Virus record (IMG/VR): IMGVR_UViG_3300025387_000001
DNA length: 42,410 nucleotides
Source: an uncultured virus (IMG/VR IMGVR_UViG_3300025387_000001)
Taxonomy: Duplodnaviria > Heunggongvirae > Uroviricota > Caudoviricetes
Reading direction: 5' to 3' (one strand)
Shown: positions 1 through 7,542 of the stretch, piece after piece
Numbering within the stretch: position 1 is the first letter of the stretch
Layout of the letters: every line of letters starts with the position of its first letter
The notes under the pieces: model-generated
What the model saw: only the letters and a program-made list of their open reading frames with translations
What the model was told of the DNA's origin: nothing
Database searches by the model: none
Position numbers and translations under genes: made by a program

Positions 1-135
1 ACTGGTATTAAAGAACTGATGGCTGTTACTCGCCGTATGCCATCGTTTGATCATATTGAGTTTAATATTGAGGACATCGTGCGAAGCGGTGTGGTGAAAG
101 AATATATAATACAAAAGACTGAAATGGGACTCTAA
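1..135 (+). CDS. phoH: PhoH-family protein, 3' end only (partial)
   Basis: Frame 1 reads TGIKELMAVTRRMPSFDHIEFNIEDIVRSGVVKEYIIQKTEMGL*. The IEF..EDIVRSG.VKEY motif is the PhoH C-terminus, and phoH next to the exonuclease is typical T4-like synteny. Confidence 0.85.
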   Translation, partial: TGIKELMAVTRRMPSFDHIEFNIEDIVRSGVVKEYIIQKTEMGL

Positions 136-138
136 AGG

Positions 139-167
139 TTGACATTTACGGAGAGGTGTAGTATAAT
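139..167 (+). promoter_or_regulatory. sigma70-type (early) promoter
   Basis: TTGACA (139-144), 17-nt spacer, TATAAT (162-167); perfect consensus upstream of the exonuclease gene. Confidence 0.85.
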
Positions 168-200
168 GGATGAAACAGTTGAGGACGACTTTGATGTTGG

Positions 201-890
201 ATGCTAGTGAAAACTTTTAATCATATAAACCATGACCACTTTCTAACTACTCTGAAAAGGGAAGAATATAATGGAAAACGATACTACATCTCTCCAAATG
301 GCACCAAGTTGCCTTCGGTTACAACATTCTTGTCTCATTTTAAAGGCGATAGCATCGCAAAGTGGCGCGCCAAAGTCGGTGAAGAAGAGGCAAACCGAGT
401 ATCAGCAAGAGCATCTAGACGCGGTACACAATTTCATTCTCTCATGGAATCTTATATCAAGAATGAGGAAGGGTCAACTTACCTAACCAAAGATTTGATG
501 CCTGATATGAAACAGGCATTCCGTAATATGTTGCCAACATTGGATCGTATTGATAATGTCCATTATGTTGAGGCAATGTTGTATAGTGAGGCCATCGGAC
601 TAGCAGGTCAGGTTGATTGTATTGCTGAGTTTGATGGCATCACTTCCATTATTGACTTTAAGACCTCGTTGAAACCTAAGAAAGAGGAATGGATTCTCAA
701 TTACTTTGAACAATGCACCGCATACTCCTTGATGTATGAGGATATGACCGGCATCCAGGCCAGGCAGATTGTTGTATTGATATCAGTAGACCACGAAATC
801 CATCCACAGATATTCGTCAAGAGAAGGACAGATTATGTTAAAGGATTATATGATAAGATTGTCCAGTTTAGAGAGGAATATGAACTATGA
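201..890 (+). CDS. PD-(D/E)XK exonuclease (T4-like 'exonuclease A', MGME1/Cas4-like fold)
   Basis: Motifs LPSVTTFL, RGTQFH, GQVDCIAEFDG..SIIDFKTS and YFEQCTAY. The start could alternatively be GTG at 207. Confidence 0.85.
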   Translation: MLVKTFNHINHDHFLTTLKREEYNGKRYYISPNGTKLPSVTTFLSHFKGDSIAKWRAKVGEEEANRVSARASRRGTQFHSLMESYIKNEEGSTYLTKDLMPDMKQAFRNMLPTLDRIDNVHYVEAMLYSEAIGLAGQVDCIAEFDGITSIIDFKTSLKPKKEEWILNYFEQCTAYSLMYEDMTGIQARQIVVLISVDHEIHPQIFVKRRTDYVKGLYDKIVQFREEYEL

Positions 891-1000
891 AATATTTCCT
901 ACCAATATTGGTGTTTCTTTGTCTTGGTTTGGCTAGCTGTAACACTATCACCATCGCAGACTGCCTTATACGGGACAACACTAGTAGCCCCTGTAACTAA
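887..1000 (+). CDS. 37-aa predicted lipoprotein (not in ORF track)
   Basis: MKYFLPILVFLCLGLAS-CNTITIADCLIRDNTSSPCN*: basic N-terminus, hydrophobic core, LASC lipobox. ATGA overlap with the exonuclease stop, and GAGG upstream. Confidence 0.65.
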   Translation: MKYFLPILVFLCLGLASCNTITIADCLIRDNTSSPCN

Positions 1001-1070
1001 AGGTTCCGTAGACCATCGTGGTGTTTCGGCGCCACAGATGGAAGAGTTTGAGAACCAAGTAGAATAATAC

Positions 1071-1098
1071 TTGACATTCCCAAAAAATACTCTATAAT
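1071..1098 (+). promoter_or_regulatory. sigma70-type promoter for tmRNA
   Basis: TTGACA (1071-1076), 16-nt spacer, TATAAT (1093-1098). Overlaps a late-promoter-like AATAAATA (1096-1103). Confidence 0.75.
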
Positions 1099-1104
1099 AA
1101 ATAG

Positions 1105-1345
1105 TATGCTTAGGTCGTTGAGAACGGTAGAATAAGCAGGCAGGACCTGGGAGCGTTACCCAGCCGGTCCACCAAAGGACATTAAGGTGTCTTTTGGGGG
1201 CCGGAAGTAGGATCGACTGATGTGGTAAAGGCCGAAGGAGACCAAAAGCAATCGTAAATGCTAACGATAATTCAGCATATCAGGATCTTGCTCTAGCAGC
1301 ATAGTCCTACGGGCCGCCGGCAGCCTCGGAACAGAATGCCGGCAC
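1105..1345 (+). ncRNA. ssrA: Circularly permuted (two-piece) tmRNA, alphaproteobacterial type; ends approximate
   Basis: Acceptor piece comes first: T-arm CTGGG-AGCGTTA-CCCAG, then CCGGTCC-A-CCA (1164-1174). Intervening hairpin 1172-1197. Coding piece starts GGGCCGG (1198-1204), giving a 7-bp acceptor stem with G3:U70, followed by AAGTAGGATCGAC. Tag frame 1260-1304 encodes ANDNSAYQDLALAA*. 3' hairpin GCCGGCA...TGCCGGC. Confidence 0.93.
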
Positions 1346-1363
1346 CTCACAAAGGACACTAAA

Positions 1364-1495
1364 ATGAAAACAAAAAAGTTGATTTTAAAGTTCTATCGTG
1401 CTATACTGAATAAAGATGCTAAGAAGGAGAGGAAGTTTTGGTTTAAACTCCTCAAGAAATCTTTCAAAGGCAAAAACACTCACGCAATCCGATAG
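1364..1495 (+). CDS. 43-aa Lys-rich hypothetical protein (not in ORF track)
   Basis: AAGGA SD then ATG; MKTKKLILKFYRAILNKDAKKERKFWFKLLKKSFKGKNTHAIR*. Its stop overlaps the AGGAG SD of gp33. Confidence 0.6.
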   Translation: MKTKKLILKFYRAILNKDAKKERKFWFKLLKKSFKGKNTHAIR

Positions 1496-1508
1496 GAGAT
1501 ATTATATT

Positions 1509-1733
1509 ATGACGCCTGAAGAAATCAATAAATTTTCTATGGCTATTGAAGAGATGGTTTATATGAAGGACATTCCTTACATTGATGCCATCTGTATGTT
1601 TGCGGAACAAAACAATATAGAAATGGAGACCGCTGGCAAACTTGTGTCTGGCGTCCTCAAAGCCAAAATCCAACTAGAGGCTGAAGACCTCAACTTCCTT
1701 AAGAAATCTAAAACTGCTAAACTACCAATATGA
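1509..1733 (+). CDS. gp33: Late promoter transcription co-activator gp33
   Basis: MTPEEINKFSMAIEEMV..DIPYIDAI...LKAKIQLEAEDLNFL..KLPI. AGGAG SD before ATG 1509; lies just before gp59. Confidence 0.85.
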   Translation: MTPEEINKFSMAIEEMVYMKDIPYIDAICMFAEQNNIEMETAGKLVSGVLKAKIQLEAEDLNFLKKSKTAKLPI

Positions 1734-2341
1734 GTCACTTTTCCGCGTATGGTGCATACGTGGTCTTTGTTACTATCAGAACTCACTTTGAGAGTCCTAC
1801 ATTTGACCTCTTTACGCACCATAAAGTAAAAGCATCTAAGACCACTTATGAAAAGAGACCTGATAGATGGTTCTTTGATAAATTGGCCAAGGAGTATGAA
1901 GACAGAGAACTACGAGATTTTTTTATTGCTAATAGATTGAAGGATCGTAACTATGTCACTGAGTTATTGGAGGACGAAGCAAAAGAAAACTACATTCAAT
2001 ACAAAGGAAGAAAACAGGCACTCACATATCACTTCGAGAATGACGTTGATAGAGTTTTTAAATATGGCCTTGATCTTCCTTTTGATGTTAGGGACGGTGA
2101 GTATCCTTATATTGTTTGCCTATATCTTAGGGGAAGTATTTCTCCTGAGTCCATGGTCATTCTAAATGACTTTATAGGTTATACAGAAAAGTTTGATAAA
2201 TATATGGGTGGCAATGATCCCATCTGGTCCAAGGTGGCGTTGAAATTACGTAAATACAAACCTTTTGTAAAATACGATAAGAATAAATTCAAACGCATAC
2301 TCAAGGAGAAAATAGATGGCACCCCGAAAGAAAACGTCTAA
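1730..2341 (+). CDS. gp59: Helicase loader gp59
   Basis: Motifs HF....DLF, YEKRPDRWFFDKLAK, YLRGSISPESMVILN, DPIW..V..KLRKYKPF; 33-59-32 synteny. Confidence 0.85.
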   Translation: MSHFSAYGAYVVFVTIRTHFESPTFDLFTHHKVKASKTTYEKRPDRWFFDKLAKEYEDRELRDFFIANRLKDRNYVTELLEDEAKENYIQYKGRKQALTYHFENDVDRVFKYGLDLPFDVRDGEYPYIVCLYLRGSISPESMVILNDFIGYTEKFDKYMGGNDPIWSKVALKLRKYKPFVKYDKNKFKRILKEKIDGTPKENV

Positions 2342-2570
2342 CGTTACTCCAGTTGAAGATATAACAAACTGTGAATATGCACCTGGCAAACCATCAGAGA
2401 TACTACTAAACTATGCTGAAGGTCATTACCAAAAGATATATACAGACGAAGGCGAAATGGCGTTCCTAGATAAACATACACAAAGAACACTAAAGATTCC
2501 TGAGGATTCGCTACACCTTATGGAAGTCCTTCACGGATTTGAAATGTTAGCAGAAATTTTTGTATTATAA
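2316..2570 (+). CDS. Hypothetical protein
   Basis: 84-aa ORF with AAGGAG SD; no recognisable motif. Confidence 0.6.
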   Translation: MAPRKKTSNVTPVEDITNCEYAPGKPSEILLNYAEGHYQKIYTDEGEMAFLDKHTQRTLKIPEDSLHLMEVLHGFEMLAEIFVL

Positions 2571-2573
2571 ATA
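2566..2573 (+). promoter_or_regulatory. T4-type late promoter
   Basis: TATAAATA upstream of the ORF at 2639. Confidence 0.6.
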
Positions 2574-2638
2574 TAAAGCACTATTATTATGTTTTCTTGT
2601 GAGATATCTAGCAAACATCTTATGAGGAGATAAAAAAG

Positions 2639-2806
2639 ATGACTAAAGAAGATTTGTTAAAAGCAATGGCACTAATTATAGATGCTAATGAGTCCACAAA
2701 AGCATCTCAATTGATATGGGATTTATGGCAAAATCATGGATCTTATTCTGTTATTAAAAATAAAATCCTACATAAAGAAACCGGTAAAGAACTCGGCGAA
2801 AAATAA
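2639..2806 (+). CDS. 55-aa hypothetical protein (not in ORF track)
   Basis: GAGGAG SD; MTKEDLLKAMALIIDANESTKASQLIWDLWQNHGSYSVIKNKILHKETGKELGEK*. Confidence 0.6.
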   Translation: MTKEDLLKAMALIIDANESTKASQLIWDLWQNHGSYSVIKNKILHKETGKELGEK

Positions 2807-2814
2807 AATAATAC

Positions 2815-2843
2815 TTGACAGGACCTTAGGGTCCTGTTATTAT
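2815..2843 (+). promoter_or_regulatory. sigma70-type promoter of gp32 with palindromic spacer
   Basis: TTGACA (2815-2820), 17-nt spacer, TATTAT (2838-2843). Inverted repeat ACAGGACC-TTAG-GGTCCTGT at 2818-2837. Confidence 0.7.
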
Positions 2844-2851
2844 ACAAGAAT

Positions 2852-2958
2852 AGAGTATGGTATAAAACCGGTTCGGTATACGAACTTGGCAAATCCATAC
2901 TCTCTTACATCATGATAATGTGGATAAGAAACATACAACGTTATACAAGGAGAATACG
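2852..2958 (+). promoter_or_regulatory. Structured gp32 5' leader, putative translational autoregulation site
   Basis: Stem AGAGTATGG (2852-2860)/CCATACTCT (2895-2903) encloses GTTCG-GTATA-CGAAC. ATAC motifs recur up to the AAGGAG SD. Analogous to the T4 gene 32 operator. Confidence 0.5.
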
Positions 2959-3894
2959 ATGAACTTTGCAAATCTAAAAAAGCAATCTAAGGATTTCAAC
3001 GGCCTTCTAAAGCAGGTTGAAAAGATGAATGGCGGTGGTGGTAACTTCGAGAAGGAAGATACCGACAACTATTGGAAGCCAACACCAGACAAGACAGGTA
3101 ATGCTCTTGCTGTTATTCGTTTCCTTCCAGGTCCTGCCGTTGATGGTGACGACGCCCTTCCTTGGGTCCGTTACTTTGATCATGGTTTCCAGAACAAGGT
3201 TACTGGAAAGTGGTATATTGAAAAGTCCCTAACAACCTTCGATGAGAAGGATCCTGTATCAGAGTATAACTCAACACTCTGGAACTCCACACAAGACGAT
3301 AACTCTCCTGAGCGGAAGCAAGCGCGTGATCAGAAGCGCCGTCTTCACTACGTTTCTAACATCTATGTGGTGAGTGATCCTAAGAATCCTGAAAATGAGG
3401 GTAAGGTATTCTTGTTCAAGTATGGCAAGAAAATCTTTGATAAGATCACAAAGATGATGAACCCAGACCTTGAGTCCGAGGGTAAGGTCAATCCTTTTGA
3501 TCTTTGGCAAGGTGCTCATTTCAAGTTGAAGGTAACCCGTCAGAATGTTAATATGGGTGGTCGTAACGTATCATTCCCTAACTATGACGAGTCCGTGTTC
3601 CTCGCACCAGGTCCTCTATCAAAGGACGATGATGAGATGGAAGCAATCTGGAAGCGTGAACATTCTCTCAAGGAGATTGTTGACCGTAAGAACTTCAAAA
3701 CCTATGCTGAACTCAAGGCCCGCCTTGATGAGGTGAATGGTTACACAGGTTCAGCACCAGCACCACGGGCACCTGCTCCTGTAGAAGAGGAAGCACCTTG
3801 GGTAGAGACACCAAAGCCTGTCGCCAAGGCACCAGTTGTGGAAGATGAAGAGGATGAAGACCTCGCAATGTTTCGCAAGTTGGCTGAGGACTGA
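2959..3894 (+). CDS. gp32: Single-stranded DNA-binding protein gp32
   Basis: WKPTPDKTGNALAVIRFLP, HGFQ...GKWYIEKSLTT, NIYVVSDPKNPENEGKVFLFKYGKKIFDKI, acidic tail EDEEDEDLAMFRKLAED. AAGGAG SD before ATG 2959. Confidence 0.96.
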   Translation: MNFANLKKQSKDFNGLLKQVEKMNGGGGNFEKEDTDNYWKPTPDKTGNALAVIRFLPGPAVDGDDALPWVRYFDHGFQNKVTGKWYIEKSLTTFDEKDPVSEYNSTLWNSTQDDNSPERKQARDQKRRLHYVSNIYVVSDPKNPENEGKVFLFKYGKKIFDKITKMMNPDLESEGKVNPFDLWQGAHFKLKVTRQNVNMGGRNVSFPNYDESVFLAPGPLSKDDDEMEAIWKREHSLKEIVDRKNFKTYAELKARLDEVNGYTGSAPAPRAPAPVEEEAPWVETPKPVAKAPVVEDEEDEDLAMFRKLAED

Positions 3895-3921
3895 GACCTT
3901 ACAAGATAACTATTAAGATTG

Positions 3922-3949
3922 GGGGAGCAGAAATGCTCCCCTTTTTTTT
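3922..3949 (+). terminator. Rho-independent terminator after gp32
   Basis: GGGGAGCA-GAAA-TGCTCCCC followed by T8, at the convergent junction with the minus-strand cassette. Confidence 0.9.
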
Positions 3950-6900
3950 ATGCGTTAGTGTTACCGAATGTATAATTGTTTGTAGGATCTCTTGAAGTAT
4001 CCTCACTAAACTTAGATCGGTATACCGCTCTTTGGAATGATGGACTATGGAAAGGTGCCGTTTTATTTTGTCTCACTAGATCGCCAATAAAATTAGGCAT
4101 ATCATTTCTAGGTTCTTGTCTGGTAGTAGGTTGAATTTGAGATGCCTGGCCAGCAGCAGATAAACTATCCAACTCTTGCCTTATGGCATCAAACTCGCTT
4201 CTTATATTATCACTAGTTGGGCCCATATTACCATTTACTTTTTGCGATGGTGTTACATCTATTCTCTCGCCGCCTCTAGCAGTGAATAAAGGTTGTTGTG
4301 TTTTAGTGTCAATCGCCGCAACATTATCTCTTTTATCCATAGGATAGAAAGAAACATCACCATTAACTCCGAATGATCCACCATCAGAAGCACCAGGTAT
4401 TCCTTGTGAACGAAGGAAATTACTAGTAGAGGCCGCATCGGGTGGTGTTGCTACAGTAGGCGGTGGTGTAGGTGAAGGAGGCGTTCCAGTGACAGGTGTT
4501 GGTGTAGTTTTAGGTGTAGATGGTACTGCCGTTGGTGTTTGTACCGGTGCTGCCTGCGCCTGTTGTCCACCTCCAGGAAATAATTCTCTTTGTATATTCT
4601 GCATAGTTGAAGGAGGCTGAGGTGCTGCCTGAGGTTGTGGAATAATCACAGATGGTGGTGTAGCAGGCGAAGAAACACCAGGAGGTGTTTGTGCTTGTGC
4701 AGTTTCAATTGAAGGTTGAACTGGTTCAGCAACAGCCAATATGTCTTTTCTTTCCTGATCATATCTGTTTTTATACTTACTAAACTTTTCTGTTCTAACA
4801 TCAAACAATCCATGAACTTGTGTATCAGCATCCATACCTACGGTAGATAGTGCGTCAGGATGATTTAATATCTTATTGGCGGCCCTACGATGTTGAACCG
4901 ACATACTATACAATGCCTCTTGAACTTTTGGATGTTCAACATTATATCCTAGTTTCTCTGCCTTTGCTCTTAACGGTTCATAATGCGTTCTTCTAATAAA
5001 TGCGTGTTGAGCATCATCAAATCCATATGGATCTTCTTTGGCCAATTTAGAATAGATATTATTAAATGCTTTAGAACCTGGTCTATGGGATCCAAATTTA
5101 CTTTTATAATCTGCTCCTTCTGGTGATTTAAGGAATTCAGACATTGTTCCTGTTCTAGAGGATAACTGGTGAGAACCATATGAAACACCACCTTTATCAC
5201 CTCTACCGGTTGAAATAGTATGAACACCTCTGTTACCGGATTCATACTTAGCAGAGGCATGACCTAATCTTGGTGTTATATTAGCATCGGTCATTGTTCC
5301 GGTATCAATTGAGGCATACTGTGAATATGCAGACATACTATCTTTTTTTACATCTTTGCCATATCTACTTGCTAGAAATTGTGCGGATGATAATGATGCA
5401 GTTTGATTGGAATCAGCTTGTGAAGTTTTATCACCTTTCTTGAGGAATCTATTTTGATCCAGGCCATTCTCTTTCATATCTTGCATAACTTTTTGAAAAC
5501 GAGGATCGCTTTCATTTATTTCAATTTGAGCACCACTCTTTGTTTTTTTCCATTTTACACCTTGTTCGTCCAACCCAGAAGTAATCTTATTCCATAAATC
5601 TTCTCTAGAATATATAAAACTGGCAGAAGGATGAGCCTCTAAGATGTTATCAACAATGGACTCTCTACTAAGGTGCCATACAGGTGTTGGTGTTTGCACA
5701 GGTACAACTGTAGCAGTTGATGTGGAAACTGGAGAGGTCTGTTCGGATGTTTTACCTGTTCCTGATTTAATAAAACCACCTAGTGTTCTATCTTCCATTG
5801 ATGGTGGAGGTGGAGCAGGTCCTGCTGATGGCCCAGCAGGTGTCTCTGTTGTCAAATTTTTCATTCTATTATTCATATCTTTCCAGTAGTCATCAGTTCT
5901 GAACCTTTCGGCCATAACTCTTCCTTCTGGAGTACCACCAGGACCTAATGCATTTCTTGTAGGATCTTTACCTTGTATTTCACCATGGCCTACAGGAAAA
6001 TTAGGAGTACCATCTTCATTATAAGTTGGTATACCATGTGTCTTATAAAGACCGGGCATAATACGATGGGCAGCATCAATTTGTGCTTGAGTAGGTTTTC
6101 CGCCGCCTGTTATGAATCCTACACCTAATGCATTGTTATTTGTTAGATCAAATCTACTAGTTCTTTCGGCCGCACCGGCACCTCTAATTTGGTTTGGTCT
6201 GTCATCATGACCAGCCATTTGATATACTTTACCATCTTTATCAATAACATAATGGTAACCATATCCAGTTTTTTTCTGAAACGCCATTTGATCTTGTATT
6301 GATTGTGTGCCTGTAACATGAAAAACCACACCTTTAAATTTTTCCGCATTTTTAGTTGCTGATGTATTTTTATATGCATACTCCATACCTTCAGCAACGT
6401 TATCAGCAATTGATCCTTTTGTTGCCTGAGAAGAAGGAGGTGTAGCAGCACCTTGACCACCTTTTTGAGGTGTTGTAGCACCCGAGGTAACACTGTCTGG
6501 AGGTGCAGTATTGAACCTTGACCCTCCAACAACATTTCCTTGTTTCAAATAATTTGGATTGGTTCCTTTTCCATAAGCTGCTGGATCATTAGAGGTAAAA
6601 TCTGTCTGACTTTTTGAAACCTTAGGTGTTATATTTTCAATTGCACCAAAAATTGATTCTGATCTTTTACCAGAACCAGGACCTTGCGTATAATTTTTAC
6701 TCGGTCCTGGAGAATATCTTGTACCAGTTACAGCCTGAAATTGGTTAGGTTCATTTAAAACTGATGTAATACTTTTACCTTTCAATCTTGCTCGGTTAAG
6801 TATTGATGCTGAAACCATACCAACTTCGGTTTGATTACTACCTGCTTCAGCATGAGTTGCGTTCACTAAATCATTCCATTCTTGATCTGTCATTGACCTA

Positions 6901-7322
6901 CCAAGATAACCTTCAGCTGCTTTTCTTGCTTTCAAAGCATCACTGGTAAAATTTGTTTGATTTATTTCAGTTCTTGGTGCCCCGCCTGGTGTAGTAGCAG
7001 ATGGTCTTACACCACCAGTAGAACCTTGTCTTATCTGACGGCCAGCTTGTTCTGCTTGGTCTACGGTACCGCCTCCTCTATGGGCCAGTCCAGTCAATAT
7101 GTCTTGCTGTTTTTGTTGAGATTTTTTGGATATAGCATCACGAAAACCACCAACATCGGGCATTCTTCTTTCCCAATATTTTGGAAATAGTTCAGCAAAT
7201 TGGGTAGGTGTTAATAGAGCAAGCATAGTAGCACCAGACGGGCCGTTGGCAACTTCCATTCGTTGCTTTAATGCTAGTTTCTTTAGTTTATTAAATACTG
7301 ATTTGTTAACCCTATTTGCCAT
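3948..7322 (-). CDS. Virion-associated multi-domain peptidoglycan hydrolase, tape-measure/hub position (SleB-like + Amidase_2-like + VgrG3-C-like lysozyme)
   Basis: SleB/Hydrolase_2-like ATHAEAG..ILNR..SVLNEPNQFQAV (~6900-6510). Amidase-like VVFHVTG..GYHYVIDKDGKVYQ..NALGVGF..PTQAQI..VGHGE (~6340-5930). Lysozyme-like SAKYESG..ISTGRGDKGGVSYGSHQL..AQHAFI...HYEP..YSMSVQH..RYDQE (~5270-4735). P/T/A-rich linkers; follows gp51. Confidence 0.75.
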   Translation of the reverse strand: MANRVNKSVFNKLKKLALKQRMEVANGPSGATMLALLTPTQFAELFPKYWERRMPDVGGFRDAISKKSQQKQQDILTGLAHRGGGTVDQAEQAGRQIRQGSTGGVRPSATTPGGAPRTEINQTNFTSDALKARKAAEGYLGRSMTDQEWNDLVNATHAEAGSNQTEVGMVSASILNRARLKGKSITSVLNEPNQFQAVTGTRYSPGPSKNYTQGPGSGKRSESIFGAIENITPKVSKSQTDFTSNDPAAYGKGTNPNYLKQGNVVGGSRFNTAPPDSVTSGATTPQKGGQGAATPPSSQATKGSIADNVAEGMEYAYKNTSATKNAEKFKGVVFHVTGTQSIQDQMAFQKKTGYGYHYVIDKDGKVYQMAGHDDRPNQIRGAGAAERTSRFDLTNNNALGVGFITGGGKPTQAQIDAAHRIMPGLYKTHGIPTYNEDGTPNFPVGHGEIQGKDPTRNALGPGGTPEGRVMAERFRTDDYWKDMNNRMKNLTTETPAGPSAGPAPPPPSMEDRTLGGFIKSGTGKTSEQTSPVSTSTATVVPVQTPTPVWHLSRESIVDNILEAHPSASFIYSREDLWNKITSGLDEQGVKWKKTKSGAQIEINESDPRFQKVMQDMKENGLDQNRFLKKGDKTSQADSNQTASLSSAQFLASRYGKDVKKDSMSAYSQYASIDTGTMTDANITPRLGHASAKYESGNRGVHTISTGRGDKGGVSYGSHQLSSRTGTMSEFLKSPEGADYKSKFGSHRPGSKAFNNIYSKLAKEDPYGFDDAQHAFIRRTHYEPLRAKAEKLGYNVEHPKVQEALYSMSVQHRRAANKILNHPDALSTVGMDADTQVHGLFDVRTEKFSKYKNRYDQERKDILAVAEPVQPSIETAQAQTPPGVSSPATPPSVIIPQPQAAPQPPSTMQNIQRELFPGGGQQAQAAPVQTPTAVPSTPKTTPTPVTGTPPSPTPPPTVATPPDAASTSNFLRSQGIPGASDGGSFGVNGDVSFYPMDKRDNVAAIDTKTQQPLFTARGGERIDVTPSQKVNGNMGPTSDNIRSEFDAIRQELDSLSAAGQASQIQPTTRQEPRNDMPNFIGDLVRQNKTAPFHSPSFQRAVYRSKFSEDTSRDPTNNYTFGNTNA

Positions 7323-7540
7323 TACATTTTTTTCCGGTTAGCGTGATTTAGTCTATTTTTCAACTCATTCTCACGGTCTTTGGCCTTTTGTTCTTCATCT
7401 TTAAGAAACTGTTGTAATAGGTCAATATAGATATATCGTTCCCAAGGCATCATTGCTTCTAATGTGTCTAGACTCCACTTGTGATGCTGTATCAAACCAA
7501 ATTGAGTTTTGTAGTGGTTTTCTAGTCTATCATGTCCCAT
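7322..7540 (-). CDS. gp51: gp51-like baseplate hub assembly protein (possibly made as a frameshift extension of gp26)
   Basis: LENHYKTQFGLIQHHKWSLDTLEAMMPWERYIY is the typical marine/freshwater T4-like gp51 motif. No SD precedes its ATG. Confidence 0.85.
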   Translation of the reverse strand: MGHDRLENHYKTQFGLIQHHKWSLDTLEAMMPWERYIYIDLLQQFLKDEEQKAKDRENELKNRLNHANRKKM

Positions 7541-7542
7541 TG

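Noticed and set aside
166..207. Mini-ORF MDETVEDDFDVGC
   Set aside because: Its ATG overlaps the -10 box, so it would not be on the transcript from this promoter; no other support.
201..890. Cas4 as part of a CRISPR system
   Set aside because: It lacks the four-Cys Fe-S pattern and any array, and sits in the standard phoH-exonuclease-gp33 context.
1143..1204. Stand-alone tRNA gene
   Set aside because: The T-arm and CCA come before the 5' acceptor strand and there is no anticodon arm; explained by the permuted tmRNA.
1416..1508. Longer N-terminal starts given in the ORF track for gp33 (1416), and likewise gp32 (2920), gp53 (10585) and 12584
   Set aside because: Downstream ATGs (1509, 2959, 10606, 12644) have proper SD sequences and match the expected protein starts.
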